A stretch of 64,000 nucleotides of DNA from the human T2T-CHM13v2.0 reference genome, Homo sapiens (GCF_009914755.1 NC_060934.1); one strand, 5' to 3'; shown: positions 41,690-55,866, numbered from the stretch's first letter. Notes: a model not told the origin generated them from the sequence alone. Numbers and translations are program-made.

Positions 41690-44600
41690 TAGAACCCTGT
41701 AAGTATGAGATTCTATCTGGTAACACTTTCTTTAGTCTGAAGAATATCCCTTAGCATTTCTTAGAGTGAAGATCTGCTATTGTCAAATTCTTTCAGATTT
41801 TGTTTAACCAACAATTTAATCCTCAATTTAAACTGTATTTTCATTAGATATATACTTCATTCTATTGTCTTCTGGTCTTCAGTGAAGTTAGTAATATTTT
41901 TGTCCTGTATATAAAGTGTGTTTTTCTTTGGATGCTTTCAATGCTTTCTCTTGAAAATCTTTGGTTTTCAACTATCTTACTGCATTGTGCCTAGGGATTT
42001 GTGTGTGTTTATCCTGCTTTGGGTTTCCCAGGTTTCTTGAATCTGTAAATATGTGGGTTTTTAAAAAAATCAAATTTGGGACATTTGGGCTACTAACCCT
42101 TCAAACCTTTTCCTGTCTCATCATCACTCTTTCCTATTCCTGAGATTTGTATTATACCTATTTGGGGTTATTTAATATTGTCCCACAGGTACCTGATGCA
42201 TTGCTTACATACAGTTCCCCCATTTTTTCTTTGTTTTTAAGTTGGGATAATTTCTATTTATCTATATGCATCGTCACTTTCTTCTGTTAGCTCCCTTTTG
42301 CTGCCAAACACATCTATTTTTCTTTCCATTTTGCTATTCTTTTTCAGATCTAAAATTTTTATTTGTTTTTCTCTCTATGGCTTCCATTTCTCTGAATAGC
42401 TTTCTTATCTGTTCATTTATGAAGAGTATATTTTTATATTTTATTTCCTTGAACATATATTATTTTAGACCTTTGAATTTATTGTAATAACTGCTTTATA
42501 GTTTCTGCGTGTTAAGTCTAACATCTGGGGCAATGTGGGTCTGTTTCCATTGACTATTTCTTTTTCCTTGATTACGGGTCACAGTTTTTTTTTACTTTTT
42601 TCCATTTCTAGTGGGTTTTTATTCTCTACTAAATAGTTGATGATACATTGTAGACACTGTAGATTTTATTATATTCTTCTGAGGATAGTTTATTTTTGTT
42701 TAGGTAAATGGTTCAATTATGGATTGATCAACTTAAATTTGTGTAGGCTTAGTTTTCCACTTGTTGGACCACACCTGTGAAAATTCTGAACTTTTTCCTA
42801 AACCTTTTTTTTTTAACTTGGAAATACTTCTCTTCTAAACTGTCCTTTCTAGGAATTCTGCCAGATTTTGGTTTTAGACTGTATTAGGGAGGTTCTAGAA
42901 TAGACTTTCTACAGTAGGTCCTTATTCTTAATATGTAGCCTTTCTAGTATCTTATCTGGATGCTTAGGATGGCAATAAGGAGTTATTGGGACGTCTTCAC
43001 TACAACCTCCTTCACTACAGCTGGGCTAGACTTCCACTGTTCTCCATCACTGCTTGACCTCTAGTTTCTCTGTTCTGCTCTCATATCTATAGAACCTGGT
43101 CTTTGGAAATCTCAGATGATCTTGTCCTGTGAAAGTAACACCCAACCTGTCGTCACAGACTTCCAAAGAATTGTGACCTCATGTACTTTCACATGTGCTT
43201 CTGAATCTTCTCTTTGCACAACTTCTTCCTTTCTCATGTCCCGTCCTTAGATTCCAGACTCTTAGCTGCCCGACACTCCGATCTCTGCCTTCTCAGTTCA
43301 GCAAGAGTGCTGAACTCTGCTTGCACTTCAGCTTCCTGCACCATGATTTGAAAATTATCTCTCAGCAGAGATCTAGGACAATCATTATTGAATGGGGTCC
43401 ACTCCTTCAGTTTCTCTTCTTCAGGGACCACAGATCTGTGCTCCCTGCTGTCTAATGCTTGATAAACTTTTGTGTTTTTATATTTATTAATAATGGGAGG
43501 TCTAGTTCAGTACATTTCTTCATCATAGCTAAAAGTCGAATCCAGATATTGCATTATTTAATTCTAGAAATTATATTTGATTTTCAAAACATATTGTCTA
43601 GTGAAATTCTCTCTCTCTTAATTTACTTTGTCCATCTTTATGTCTATTGTCCTGACCAAATTAATCACATTTATCTTAAAGCCTTTGTCAGCCAAATCAC
43701 AATTTATCTATTTTATGTATTGTTTTAGTCTTAGTTTTTGGCTGCATAGTCCTGTCTTCTTGTGTGACTAGTATTTTTTAAATCAAGCTGTAACACATAC
43801 AATGAAATGCAAACATCTTAAGTTTACAGTCTGATGAATTATAACATATGTGTGACGACTGTGTGACAACTTCCTAGATCAAAGATACAGAATATTTCAG
43901 AATTCCAGCAATCTTGCTTCCAGTCTTACCCAGTCACTAGACCCCTAGGGATAACCTATTTGGATTATCTATCTCTACAGATGTTTTTAAACTTCATATA
44001 AATGAAATAATATTTTACATACTAGTGTGTCTATCTTCATTCATTTTACAATGTCTTTAAAAACATCCATGTTGTCCTGTGTATCAGTAATCTGTAAGAA
44101 TGTTTTTTCCATTGTGTGTATTATTCCATTGTCTGAATTTACTGCATTTTACTTACTATTCCCTTTTCATGGACACAGAAGTTGCTTCCAGTTTGAAGGT
44201 ATTATCAATACAACTGCTATAATCATTTTTGTACATGAATTTTCATAGATATAAGCTTTCATTTCTATCGGTATATATCAAAGAGTGGAATTATTGGCTT
44301 ATAGTGCATATGTATATTTAGATGTAGTAAATATTTCTAAATATTTTTTCGAAAGTTCTGTTCTCCTCTCCATAGAACCTACTTTTTGGAAATTCTCAAG
44401 TAATCTTGTCCTGCGCAAGCATAGCCCAACCCTTAGTCAAAGACTTTCATGGAATCCCCAGATTTAAGCTATTTCAGCCGTTTTACATCCTCTCCAACAC
44501 CTGATAATGTCAACTTTAAAAAAAAATTTTAGCCATTCTCAATATCTCATGATGGTTTTATTTTGGATCTCTCTGATGATGAAGAACATGGAGTACCTAT

Positions 44601-46240
44601 TAATACATTCCTTGTTTCTAACAATATATTTATTTTATAATCATATAATTTATAACAATATATTTATTTTATATATTTTATAAATATATTGTTAAGTTAT
44701 AATATATATTAAATATATAAATATATAAAATATACTTTATAAATATATAATAAAAACATAGAGATGCAAGTTTATAACTTCTTCTGCAGAAGGATTCCTC
44801 TCCCTTTGCAGGGAAAATAGTGTAAAGGCTGACCCCCTTGATCCAATCCATCCTGAGTCTAAGATGGGTCAAAGTCCTGGTAAGACACAGACTATACCTG
44901 GTTTGCTCCTGAGGTTTCATGGTTTTCAACCAAGAGCCTAGGTTCTTCCCACTGGTATATCCTGAACTCTGATCATTGTCTCAAAATAGTGCTAAGAATT
45001 CTCTTCTCCCTCTCAAAGAGTTGTCACTTAGGCTTTTAGCCTCTATCCTGCACAGCTGCAAGATTCAGCAAATGTCCTGAAGGGAAACCAATTGAGGTCT
45101 TGAAACTCCCTGCCCTCCCCTCGACCTAACCTATTTTCCTGTCCAAAGCCCTGCTGTTTTCTCTGTCCCTCCAGTGTTCCTTTGCTCAGCTTTGCCCTAG
45201 TATTTGCACTGGTTTCTCAGGCTCCTGCCCTGAGCTGCGTTGCTAAATGCCTTCCCTCCTCCTCCTCAACCACTTCCAATGTAAAATCAGCTGCCATTTT
45301 CTTTAATTTATTAAATGAGGCAAAATTTTCCCTGCCACTAGATAAAACTACAACAGCCTTCTCTGCTGACTTTTAGGTCATCGAAGAATGTATGGTCACT
45401 GTAGATTTCAAATACAGTCTCAATTAGATGATTAAACTTCCTCAGCCTCCCTGGGCAGCCAGAGGGCAGAAAACTCACTGGGAAGGCAGTTGTGGTTGAC
45501 ATGTTCACTCTTTTCTGCTTACTTCCTCTCCTACTCACTAGTTCCATCCCACGTTGAAGCAGGAAGGGGGAAACAGCTGTTGTTTGAAGGGCACTATTAT
45601 AATATGTGTCCTATCCATCCTACTAGTGTTTAAAGTGGTGATTGAAATGTTTGAGGTATTTTTTGGGCTCCTCCAACTGTAATCCTGTGATGTGAGTAGC
45701 GCAACTCTTCCTTCGGGCCTCTCTTGGGCCCTAATTTGTTGGAGGACTGCCCCTCACAGGTGTCTCTCTGTTGCAGTCCTATTGCCCCTCCAGGTAGTAC
45801 TCAATGGTAGACTTCTTAAATGGCCCAAGGGTCACTTTCTTTTTCCTGTATGGTCTAGCTTGGGGACATAGAAAATACCTAATATTCTTTTCAAGTGCAA
45901 ACTTCTTCCTTTGGCCCTGATGCTAATGCCAGCAGCCACAGCTCTTTGCTCTGAGAGTCCTCAGATATGGTCCTCACTGTGGCCAAACTCCAAGGGACAT
46001 ATATCAGCTCCCTGAGTGGTTCCCCGAAAGACATAAAGTGAGGTGATTTTTACTTCCTCTCCTTTCCCTTGGGGAAGAGCTCATAGCCCAGTTTTCACCG
46101 AAGAAGTCCTCCTCTCAAAATCTACTCTTGATCATTTTATGTCCTCACTGTGGGTGAGGGATTTCAAGAGTCATGGAATTGGGCTTGGCTATTTTCTTTG
46201 AAAATTTCTGTTTTGGAGTGTCAACTCACTTGGAAATTTT
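41690..46240 (-). mobile_element. Mosaic of ancient antisense L1M segments (ORF1/5'UTR-like and 3' parts)
   Basis: cccttagcatttcttagagtgaagatctgct, gcttccagtttgaaggtattat, tttagccattct; boundaries poorly resolved. Confidence 0.5.
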
Positions 46241-46249
46241 ATACCCATG

Positions 46250-46735
46250 GTATTGGGGCTGGCTGAATATCGTGCTGCAAATATGTCCACATCTTAATTC
46301 CAGGAATTTTTACATACGTGACCTCATATGATAAAAGGGCCTCTGCCAATGTGATTAATGATCTTGAGATGGGGAGATGATCCTGGATTTTCTGGGTGCA
46401 GCAAATGTAACCACCAAGATCCTTACAAAAAGGTGGCAGAATGATCACAGACAGGAGTAGGAGATGTGACGATAGAAGCAAGAAACAAGTGATGCAAGGA
46501 AGGGGCCATGAGCCAAGGGATGCAGGTGGCCTCTGGAAACTGAAAAAGGCAAGGAAACAGATTCTCCCCTGGGGCCACCTGTTGGCAGGGTTGTCAGCCC
46601 TGCCAGCACCTTCACTGCAGCCCAGTGAGGCGGACTGTGAATCTCTCATCTCCAAAACTGTACTATAATAAATTTGTGATGTTGTAGGCCACACATTTTG
46701 TGGCAATTTGTTATCATAGTAACAGGAAACTACTA
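46250..46735 (+). mobile_element. MaLR LTR (MLT1C/D-like)
   Basis: gatcttgagatggggagatgatcctggatt...ggccatgagccaagggatgcagg...aacaggaaacta. Confidence 0.85.
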
Positions 46736-46959
46736 TAGGCATCATGGTGCCTCCGGCAAAATTTTAAATTTTGTTTCTAGTAACCTTGCCACAAAATGCT
46801 CTTAGATAATGGAGTTATTTTAACAGCTGGGGTAATAGCACATAATGCCCCTAACTACAGGACAGACCTGAAATACTAGGGAGGGCTCCTAAGGTCTGTT
46901 CCCCATGGGTGGTGCTGATACATTGCACAATGATTCAATATCACTTTCATGCCATTCAC

Positions 46960-47160
46960 AGCTGCAAATACTGGCTCTCCCATTTGTATTATTACAGCTA
47001 AGTGACTTTGGGGAAGTTACCCTACCTATTTTTACTTGTTTATCTATAAAATGGGATAATATTATCTACCTCTGAGATTTGTCTGAGGGTTAAATGAAAT
47101 TGTTTAAAATTGGCAAACCCTTTATTCAGTACCTACCATGTAACAAGTGATTGAAAAAGT
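46960..47160 (+). mobile_element. MIR
   Basis: gtgactttggggaagttac...tctataaaatgggataat. Confidence 0.7.
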
Positions 47161-48002
47161 ATAGTCATCAAAAAATGAATGGTGTCGATTCATAGTAAAA
47201 CCAATTTGTAAATGTTTAGGTGTTGTGTTGGGTTAAAAATATTTGCCCTTGCGGAGGGTGTAGAGGTGCTGCCTTGCAGTTTCCATGGTAAGCACAGGGT
47301 TGGTCACTTCCAGCTCAGTCAGGTGAGATGCCTCCCTGATTTCAGGAGGCAGAGTGTCCTGATGGAAGGTAGTTAGCTTTGAAATATCAGTTTCCCTGCC
47401 TGGTGGAAATAAGTGTTTGCAGCATATAAAACATATTTAGTAGTGCTATTGATGGATAAATCATGAAAGATGCACACTTGAAAGGTTAATATTGACATCC
47501 TGTAAGACATAACTTTATATGCAGCACGACTATTGATCAAACCTGAGTTGATCAAACCTGAGGTGGTGATGGGCTAGAAAGTGCTACTGTGGATCATTTA
47601 CAGGAGGAGCAATGTGAGTACTCAGAAGGGCTCAGGCATTGTATAAAAATGAGGCTTTCTTTAAACACATTTTGCAATTTCCAATCCAGCCCATGAGCTG
47701 CTATCAGTTTATCCCTTGCAACAGAAACAATAACACCCTGCATCCAAGAAGAAACATTTGCTGACCATATACATTTGGTTAATTATGACTTTTCCATTTG
47801 CCCAGATAAAGGGGTCAACAGGAATTTCCCAGGTACGTGAATAACACTTTCGAGGGGAGCTATGTGTTTGCCTTGGTCAATTCACACACACACACACACA
47901 CACACACCCCAAAGAAAATCTTTTGGTGATATCTTGAGCCCTTACTAATTTTTTCTAGCTAATGAACTACAATGAGTTTACTATTTTTAAAAAAAGATTC
48001 TC

Positions 48003-48308
<306 letters not shown>

Positions 48309-49414
48309 AAAAAAAGATTCTCCAGTTAAGAAAAGTGTTTACTTCATTATTAAATTGGGAATGGGGGAAAAACCCTGGGATTTCAGTAACATTCTTAATA
48401 ACCATTAATGTGAAACAATTCCTCAGTCTTTGTCTGTCATGACTTGACAAATTTAAAGAGTACTGGCCAGCTATTTTATAGAATGTCCCTCAATTTGAGT
48501 TTGCCTGGTATTTCTTTATGACTAAACTGGTGTTTTACATTTTTTTATTAAGAACATAACAAAAGTGATACTGTGTCTTTCTCAGTGCGTAATTCGGAAG
48601 TTTTACCTCTTCCTTGCCCGTTCTTATTGGCCAATTTGTCCCATGACTGGCAATATTAACTTCAATAATTTTGTTAAGGTAATGTTGCCAATTATCTGGA
48701 TTTGTTCTTTCCCTTTGCACCTTACGAAAAGTTGGTTTGAGACTACCTGAGAATCCTGTTTCTCATCACACTTTTGTTCTCCTTCCAGTTCTAGAATTCA
48801 CTGATGATAAATACCTGAAGTAAGAATTACTGTGGTGGTTTTCTACTTCTATCATTCTTTCTACATTTATTTCCTGACATTCAACTGTAAGACAGCATTT
48901 CCTTCTCCTTTATTTTTTAATTTATTCAATTATCTATAATAGTATGAATTTGTGAATTCCTGTTTTATTCTTTAAGTTATAAACCAGTTTCTGGTTTCCT
49001 TCCAGAGCTTCCTGTGCCTAACATGTACATTTTATTATTTTCTCTGTTTCTTATTCAAAAAGTAGAATATAGAAACTCTTTAGATCCAAATCTTTGACAC
49101 ATATAAACTCTAAATTTAGAGTTTATTCTTGTGTGTGGTGTGAGGTGGGGCTCTGAGTTGATCTTTTTGAATTGCTGCTCAGTTGTGCTAGCACCATTTA
49201 TTAAAAAGTCCATCTTTATTGATAAGTCCCTTGATTTGAAATATCTTTATCATATAGACTAAACGTCTATATGTTCTTGGGTCTATTTTTGGATTTTCTA
49301 TTCTAGTACACTCGTCTGTTTGCCTATTCATGAGCCTACCTGACATTCTTAATTATAAAGATGTTATGGAATATTTTAATGGCTGGTGGAATAGTTACCA
49401 CTTATATTCCACAT

Positions 49415-49585
49415 ACATATATGCGTGTGTGTGTGTGTGTGTATGTGTGTGTATATATATATATATGTATATATACGTATATATACATATATATGTATAT
49501 ATATGTATATATGCATATATATGTATATATATACACGTATATATATATGTGTGTGTATATATATATATGTATATATATATATACA
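49415..49585. repeat. Compound (TG)n/(TA)n microsatellite
   Basis: Directly visible. Confidence 0.95.
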
Positions 49586-51386
49586 CTGGTTTTCCAGACT
49601 CTTATCATGGCTGACTTTTCAAATAAACATTAGGATGAACTAGTCTAGCTTCATGTAAAACATGTGCTGTTAACTTGGATTGAGGTAAATGTACATGTTA
49701 GTTTAGGGTACTGCATCTGTATCAAGTTGGGTCTTTCTATCCAAGAAGAACGCATGTCTTTCCATTTGTTCAAGCTCACTTTGTGTCTTCAGAAGTTTTT
49801 TAAAAAGTCTTTCTCATAGACATGTTGCACATTTCTTGTTAAACTTATTCTTAACTATTTAATTTTCTTTGTTGCTATTATAAATGGAGGTTCTCTACCA
49901 TTATGTCTTCTAACTGGTTGTTGTTCATGCATATAAAGGCTATTAATTTCTAGATATTAATTTTATATCCTCTTACCTTGCTGAATTATTTTGTTTCTTA
50001 CGTTAGCTTTATCATTGATTGCCTGGGGCTTTACCCCTTCTTTACCATCATTATATCCAATTGATTTCTCTTGTCTTATGGCACTAGCAAATACCTTTAA
50101 TACAATATTGAAGTAGTAGAGGTAGATTCCTTCCCTTGTTCCTGATGTTATCATATTATCTGCAGATAGAGAAACTTTACCCCTTCTTTACCATTATTAT
50201 TCCTCCAATTGACTGATGTTATTGTAAATACCTCTTGTATTTCCCAATAAGAAACATGCTAGCTTTATGATGGTTTACATATTTGTTCATGATAAGAAAG
50301 TATCAATCAGTTTATATGTTCTTAACTTATTTATTAAAGAATAAGTGATGAATTTTCCCAAAAGATTTTTCAGCATTTATGGAGGTTTGGTCTATTTCTG
50401 AGACTTATTAATATAGTTTGTTACATAAATAGAATTCCTAATATTAAGTCAACTTTGCACACCTGGAATAAATGATACTTGGTTATGGTGTTTATTTTCT
50501 TACTGCAATGAAGTGTTGGAGTATATTTGCTAATATTTAGTTTAGTTACTTTTCATCAACATTTAAAAGTGGTATTGGTCTCTAGTTTTCTTGTACTCTC
50601 TTTATTATGTTTACATATCAACATTATAGTTGCATCATAAAAGTAATTAACAAGTTTTTCTTCATTTTTAATGCTCTGGAACAATATATGGAGCGTTGGA
50701 ACTACCCAGTCTTTGAAGGTTTTATGAAGTTTGCCTGTGATAGCATCTGTCACACTATTAATATCTATGATACCATCTGGGTCAGATTCTGTCTTGTGGG
50801 ATAGTTTCTTGATAACTTTGTCTCTATTTCTCTTATGAAAATTGGTTTAAGTGTTCTATCCCTAATGGTGTCAATTTTATTAACTTTATTTCCCGAGGAA
50901 AATTTTCCATTTCACCTATGTTTTCAAAATTATTTGTTTAGAGATCTTTCTTTTCTTTTCTTGATTAAGTTAGCTAGTGGTTTGTCTATTTTGTTAATTT
51001 TTCAACAAAACAGGATTTTATCTGCTAATTAGATTTGCCATTTTTCTATTCTTAATGTTATTTTTTTAGTTCCTACCTTGAAATTATTTTTTCATACTTT
51101 GGTTTTCTTTTTTTGAGCTTGGTATTTAATTCATTTGTGTTCATTTTTTTTTCCATAATTCCTCTTTCAACAAAGAGTTTTTACAATGGAGGGTTTACTT
51201 TTTTCTACTTTCCAGGTACTTTATTAAGCCTTTTTTCTTTTGTTTGCATTTTATTCACATGTTTTTTTTCTGCTTTCTTTTTTTGTTACTATATTGACAC
51301 TTCTCATTTAATTGTATTTCGATCAGAGACTGTTGCATGTGCATGTAATACTGCTAACGTATGGGATTCACTGATGTTTCCTTTTG

Positions 51387-51387
<1 letters not shown>

Positions 51388-51420
<33 letters not shown>
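51388..51420. repeat. (TG)n microsatellite
   Basis: Directly visible. Confidence 0.95.
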
Positions 51421-51422
<2 letters not shown>

Positions 51423-51467
51423 GGTTATATGAGCCTTTGAAAAACTGTATTCTCTATGAGTAGAGTG

Positions 51468-51920
51468 TGTATTCATTTTCTAGTGCTGCCATAACAAAGA
51501 ACCACAAACTGAGTGGCTTAAAACACTATAAATGTATCGTTTCACAGTCCCAGAGAGGAGAAGTCAGAGATCAAGTCATGGTCATGCTCTCTCTGAGGCC
51601 TGTAGTGGGGACTCCTTCCTTGTGTCTTCTAGCTCTGGTGTTTGCTGACAATCCATGGCAGTCCTGGGCTGGTAGGTACATCACCCCAATCTCTGCCTTC
51701 ATCATCACATGACTGTCTTATCCTGTGTGTCTCTGTCTCTTCTCTTTTTCTTATAAAGACACCAGTCACAATTGATTAAGGTTTCACTCTACTCCAGTGT
51801 AACTTCATCTGAACTAATTACGTCTGCAACAATCCTATTTACAAATAAGGTCACATTCTAAGGTGCAAGGGGTTAGGACTTCAGTTTATCATTTTGGGAG
51901 ACATAATTCAACTTATAATA
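51468..51920 (-). mobile_element. MaLR LTR (MLT1B/C-like)
   Basis: gctgccataacaaagaaccacaaactgagtggcttaaa...aaataaggtcacattct...gacataattcaac. Confidence 0.85.
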
Positions 51921-53519
51921 ATATATAAAAATCAATATATATTCATAAGATCTACATTTTTCTTATGTATTTTTAGGTCTTCTATATTCTTATGCATTTT
52001 TGTCCGCTTGATAGTTCTTGTACTGAGACTGTTGTGTTAAAATTCTCTATTGTTAAAGTGTATTCTTGAATCTCCTATGGGTTTTGCTTATTAAAGGTGA
52101 TTGCTACATTATTTGGTGCATAGATCTCTATAATATATCTTTATTGTGAATTGTGGCTTTTAGCCTTTAAACATTTTCTGCATTTAATGTGATTTTTTGG
52201 TTTGAATTCTCTTCTGTCTACTATAAGAATATGTTCCTTTTACTTACTTTATTTTTAATTCCAATTACCTTAGTTTCTTAGTATACCCTTATCCACCCAT
52301 ACCTTTTTTCCAAACATTTCAAATCATTTTAAGTATATCTATTATATACAACATATCTTTTAGTCTTATTTTGTGTATATTTCAAATGTTTTTCTTTTAT
52401 TAAGTGGATAACATCGATTCTAATTTATCAGTGTGACTATATGTCTAGTTCCAACTGTGGCAAAATAATTTTTAATTGCATTCTATTTGCTATTTTTCAT
52501 TTGATGTGTATGTTTAATTTTTTCTTCTTTCTTTTTCTCCTTTTATTTCTTCCATTTTGGAAGGTTTCTGTTATTGTTTTGTTGGTTACCTTTACACTTA
52601 TACTTTATTGAATACCCCTAGTCCAGTGTTTCCTTAGGTAGTCTTTTGCCATCTGACTTCTCGGTTTTTCATAGTACCCGTTAACTTCTAACCACTGCCT
52701 ATACAATGAGCTGATTCTTCTCTTGAGGTTTTTTGAACTGTCCCAGCTGACCTCAAATGTGGGAGTGTGAAAGTTTGCTCACTGGAATTTGATATTTTAT
52801 CTTTTTAAAATTATAGTTACTTTGAAATTTGGGTATTTTGTGTGTTCTATTTATTCTGAGGATGTGGCTTTCGAATATGTATAAATATAGACAGATATAG
52901 AGAAAAAAGAGAAGTTGTTTTGTCAGGAAAATGATTCCCTGCATTCTAGCCCAGGCTTGCCCTTGAGTGATTTGCATTTAGACTTTCCTAATGACTGCAT
53001 CACACAGCTAGAAAAACTTTTTTGAACTTTTCCTGGCCTCATCAAAACTTCAGTCCAATTAATTAATCCAACCACTCTCTTATAAGCCTTTACTTCTCCC
53101 TGTCTTTCCATTTCCTCCTCATGCAGGTAAGAGTCCATCATCTATTACCACAATTCAATGCTTGCAATCTCACAAGCTTACGGGGCCAGGCAGGCAACAT
53201 AAATGAGTAAAACTGGCAAGAGAAAACACAGCAAGAACTTGTCCAGATGGGATGAACCAAATTGATTGTGCTCCATCTAAAAGCGTTCAAATGCATAGTT
53301 TTAATACAATGAATGAGCCAAACAAAATCTGTCTCCAGGCTAAATTTTTCATGTCACCTCTCACCTTATTTCCATTCATTATTATCTTCTAAAATCTCAA
53401 CTTTCATTAAACTCCCTGTTTTCTCCATGTCTGCATCCACGTTGCTTCACATTGAAGAGAAGAAAAATAATGCAATCAGGCTGACCAGCTTCATGTACAA
53501 CTCAGTATCACATCGCACG

Positions 53520-53910
53520 TGGCACTCACCCTAAGCAGCCATCCTCCTACACCTTCTAGGAAGCTTTCTATTTCTCTCTCAGAGATGACGATTTATTTCT
53601 CCTTCCCACATACTTTATCATTAGAACGCTTTTAGCAGCAGTTATAGAGTTTTCAACTAAAATGGCTTCTATTTATAAGAAGTCCCCTCTGTAACCTCAG
53701 TTATCCTGTTTATTTCATTCATAGCAATCATTACACTCTACAATCATTCTGGGTTTTGCTTATTGCTTTATATATTTTTTATTTTCCTCAACCAGAAACA
53801 TACACTCTGTGAAGACAAAGATTTTTGTCTTTTATTTGCCAGGTAGCTTTTGGATCTAGAACTATGGCTGCCACATATTAGGAACACAATAAGCACATGT
53901 TAAATGAAGG
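53520..53910 (-). mobile_element. L2 3' end fragment
   Basis: ctctgtgaagacaaagatttttgtct...ctagaactatggctgccacata. Confidence 0.6.
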
Positions 53911-53989
53911 GATTAATCAGAACAAAGATATAACGTGTTTGAATTCCAAGAAACACAGGATAAAGGGCTGTCGCGGGTAAGGTCTAGAA

Positions 53990-54169
53990 AAGGGATTGGC
54001 ACACCTTTTCTGCAGAGAGCCAGATAATAAATATTTTCAGCTTTGCAGGCCATATGGTCTCTGTCATGAGTATTTAACTCTGCTATTGCAGCATGAAAGC
54101 AGTCATGGATAATGTATAACAAATGGGAGTGGCCACATTTGGACCACAGTCATAGTTTGTGGACCTCTG
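53990..54169 (+). mobile_element. MER58A hAT-Charlie MITE
   Basis: gccagataataaatattttcagctttgcaggccatatggtctctg; 8-bp hAT TSD gtctagaa (53982-53989) and gtctagat (54170-54177). Confidence 0.88.
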
Positions 54170-54279
54170 GTCTAGATGAACAGTCTTTGCAAAAAACGAA
54201 ACCCTGGGCTCATGCTGCCACTTGTGCATGCTCAAGAAACCATATATGCAAGTATACACTTATATCTACACTGTGAACT

Positions 54280-54520
54280 ACAAAGCAGAGTATGGACTCT
54301 AGCACCATATTGCTCAGTTCAAGTCCTGGTCTGTCACTTCTGTGCTTTGTGACCATGGACAATTAACTATCTTCTCTGCATTTCAGTTTCTTCATCACTA
54401 AAATAGAGATAATAGCAGTTTCTTTGTCATTAGGATAAATGAGGATTAAATGAGACAATTTTTGTGAAATGCTTAGAACAATTTAGCACATAGTAAGTGT
54501 TAAGATGTATGTGTTAAATA
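54280..54520 (+). mobile_element. MIR
   Basis: gttcaagtcctggtctgtcactt...gaggattaaatgaga...gcacatagtaagtg. Confidence 0.85.
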
Positions 54521-54544
54521 AATATCGAAAGGGTCCTTGCTAGG

Positions 54545-54690
54545 CATTTTGCACCTCATTTCCTTCTTACAGAAGCTCATTGCTTCTGTGAGATATTAGT
54601 ATTATCCCCATTTCGAAGACATGTAAATTTTGACTCAGGGAAACTAGGCATGATTCCTATGGTTATATGCCTAGTAAGTGATAGTATTAG
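54545..54690 (-). mobile_element. MIR fragment
   Basis: tattatccccattt...gcctagtaagtg. Confidence 0.55.
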
Positions 54691-54784
54691 GGCCAGATAA
54701 ATGCATTTACAGATACTCTCTGGAAAGATAGTAGAATACATTTTTCATATTGAATGTCCATTCAAGATAAAGGTAACCAACATA

Positions 54785-55360
54785 GATTGGCCCCTGCACT
54801 GGTTTTAAAACATGGCTGCAAATTGTTTGATACTCCTCCTAGTGAGAGGAATCCACTCCTCTTGAATCTGGGTGGATTTGAGACTGCTTCAACCAACAGA
54901 GTATGGTAAAAGAGGCACTCTGTGACTGCCAAGGCTAGACCATAAAGGGTCATTCAGTTTTTCTTTCTTTGCTGGAATACATTCTCTTAGAACTGTGGGC
55001 AGCCATGTAAAAGGTCCAATTAGCCTGAGGTCGCCATGTTGTGAGAAAGCCCAAGCCATGTGGAAAGGCCATGCATGGCTGCTTAAGTCAAGGGTCCCAT
55101 CAGAGCCCAGACTTGGAGTCATCCAAGCCCAGGAGTCAGAAATGTGAGTGAAAGTCTTCAGATGATTCCAGCCCCCAGCCAGTAGCCCCACAGCCATTTA
55201 ACTCTTCCCAGCTGAAGCCCCAGACATCACGGAGCAGACAAACCATCCTCCCCACTGTGATGTGTATGAGTTTCTGAACCACAGAACCCATAAGCATAAT
55301 AAAACAGTTGATGTTTAATACAATTAAGTTTTGGGGTGCATTGTTAGCACATTACAGAAC
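54785..55360 (+). mobile_element. MaLR LTR (MLT1G/H-like)
   Basis: accaacagagtatggt, cagatgattccagccccagcc, cttcccagctgaagccccagacatc. Confidence 0.8.
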
Positions 55361-55824
55361 AGCTTCTTTCCAGATTTTCCTAAACTACAGTTACAGTTAA
55401 GCTTATCAATGCTGAACTTCTTTTCCCAGTTACCTTGCTTTGCTGCTACTCCCACAGTCTTTTGAGCTATCCAGCATTCGAAGGATCTGAGATTTGAACT
55501 CAAGAATTGTTTCTGACCCCCTCACTCTACTAGGTGATCTTAAGCAAATCGTTTCATATCTTTGGATCAGTTTTCTCTTCTAAAAGGATGAGCAAAGCCT
55601 GCTTTGAAAGATTCCCGTGAGAATCAAATGATACCATGGATGCAAAACTGCTTTAATGGAATTTAGACTCCAGATTTTTGGCAAGATCTGGGGCAGAGGG
55701 CAGTTTTAATCTTGCTTCAGTTTCAGTCTTGCAAAAAGCATATTTGCCCAAGCAAACCAATAATGTTGATGCTGCAGCCATTGGAAGAGCAAGCACACTT
55801 CTTACCATGCACTAGGGGCTTCTA

Positions 55825-55826
<2 letters not shown>

Positions 55827-55866
<40 letters not shown>
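55827..55866. repeat. (TG)n microsatellite
   Basis: Directly visible. Confidence 0.95.

Larger units (their letters stand above)
48400..52700 (-). mobile_element. Old L1MC/L1MD-like antisense fragments (3'UTR and ORF2)
   Basis: gtactggccagctattttatagaatgtccctcaatttg; tctttccatttgttcaag; ORF-track remnant PTLHILFQSIKNEEKLVNYFYDATI. Confidence 0.75.

Noticed and set aside
46239-46745. 168-aa ORF, the longest non-L1 ORF
   Set aside because: Coincides with the antisense strand of an MLT1 LTR; no recognisable protein family
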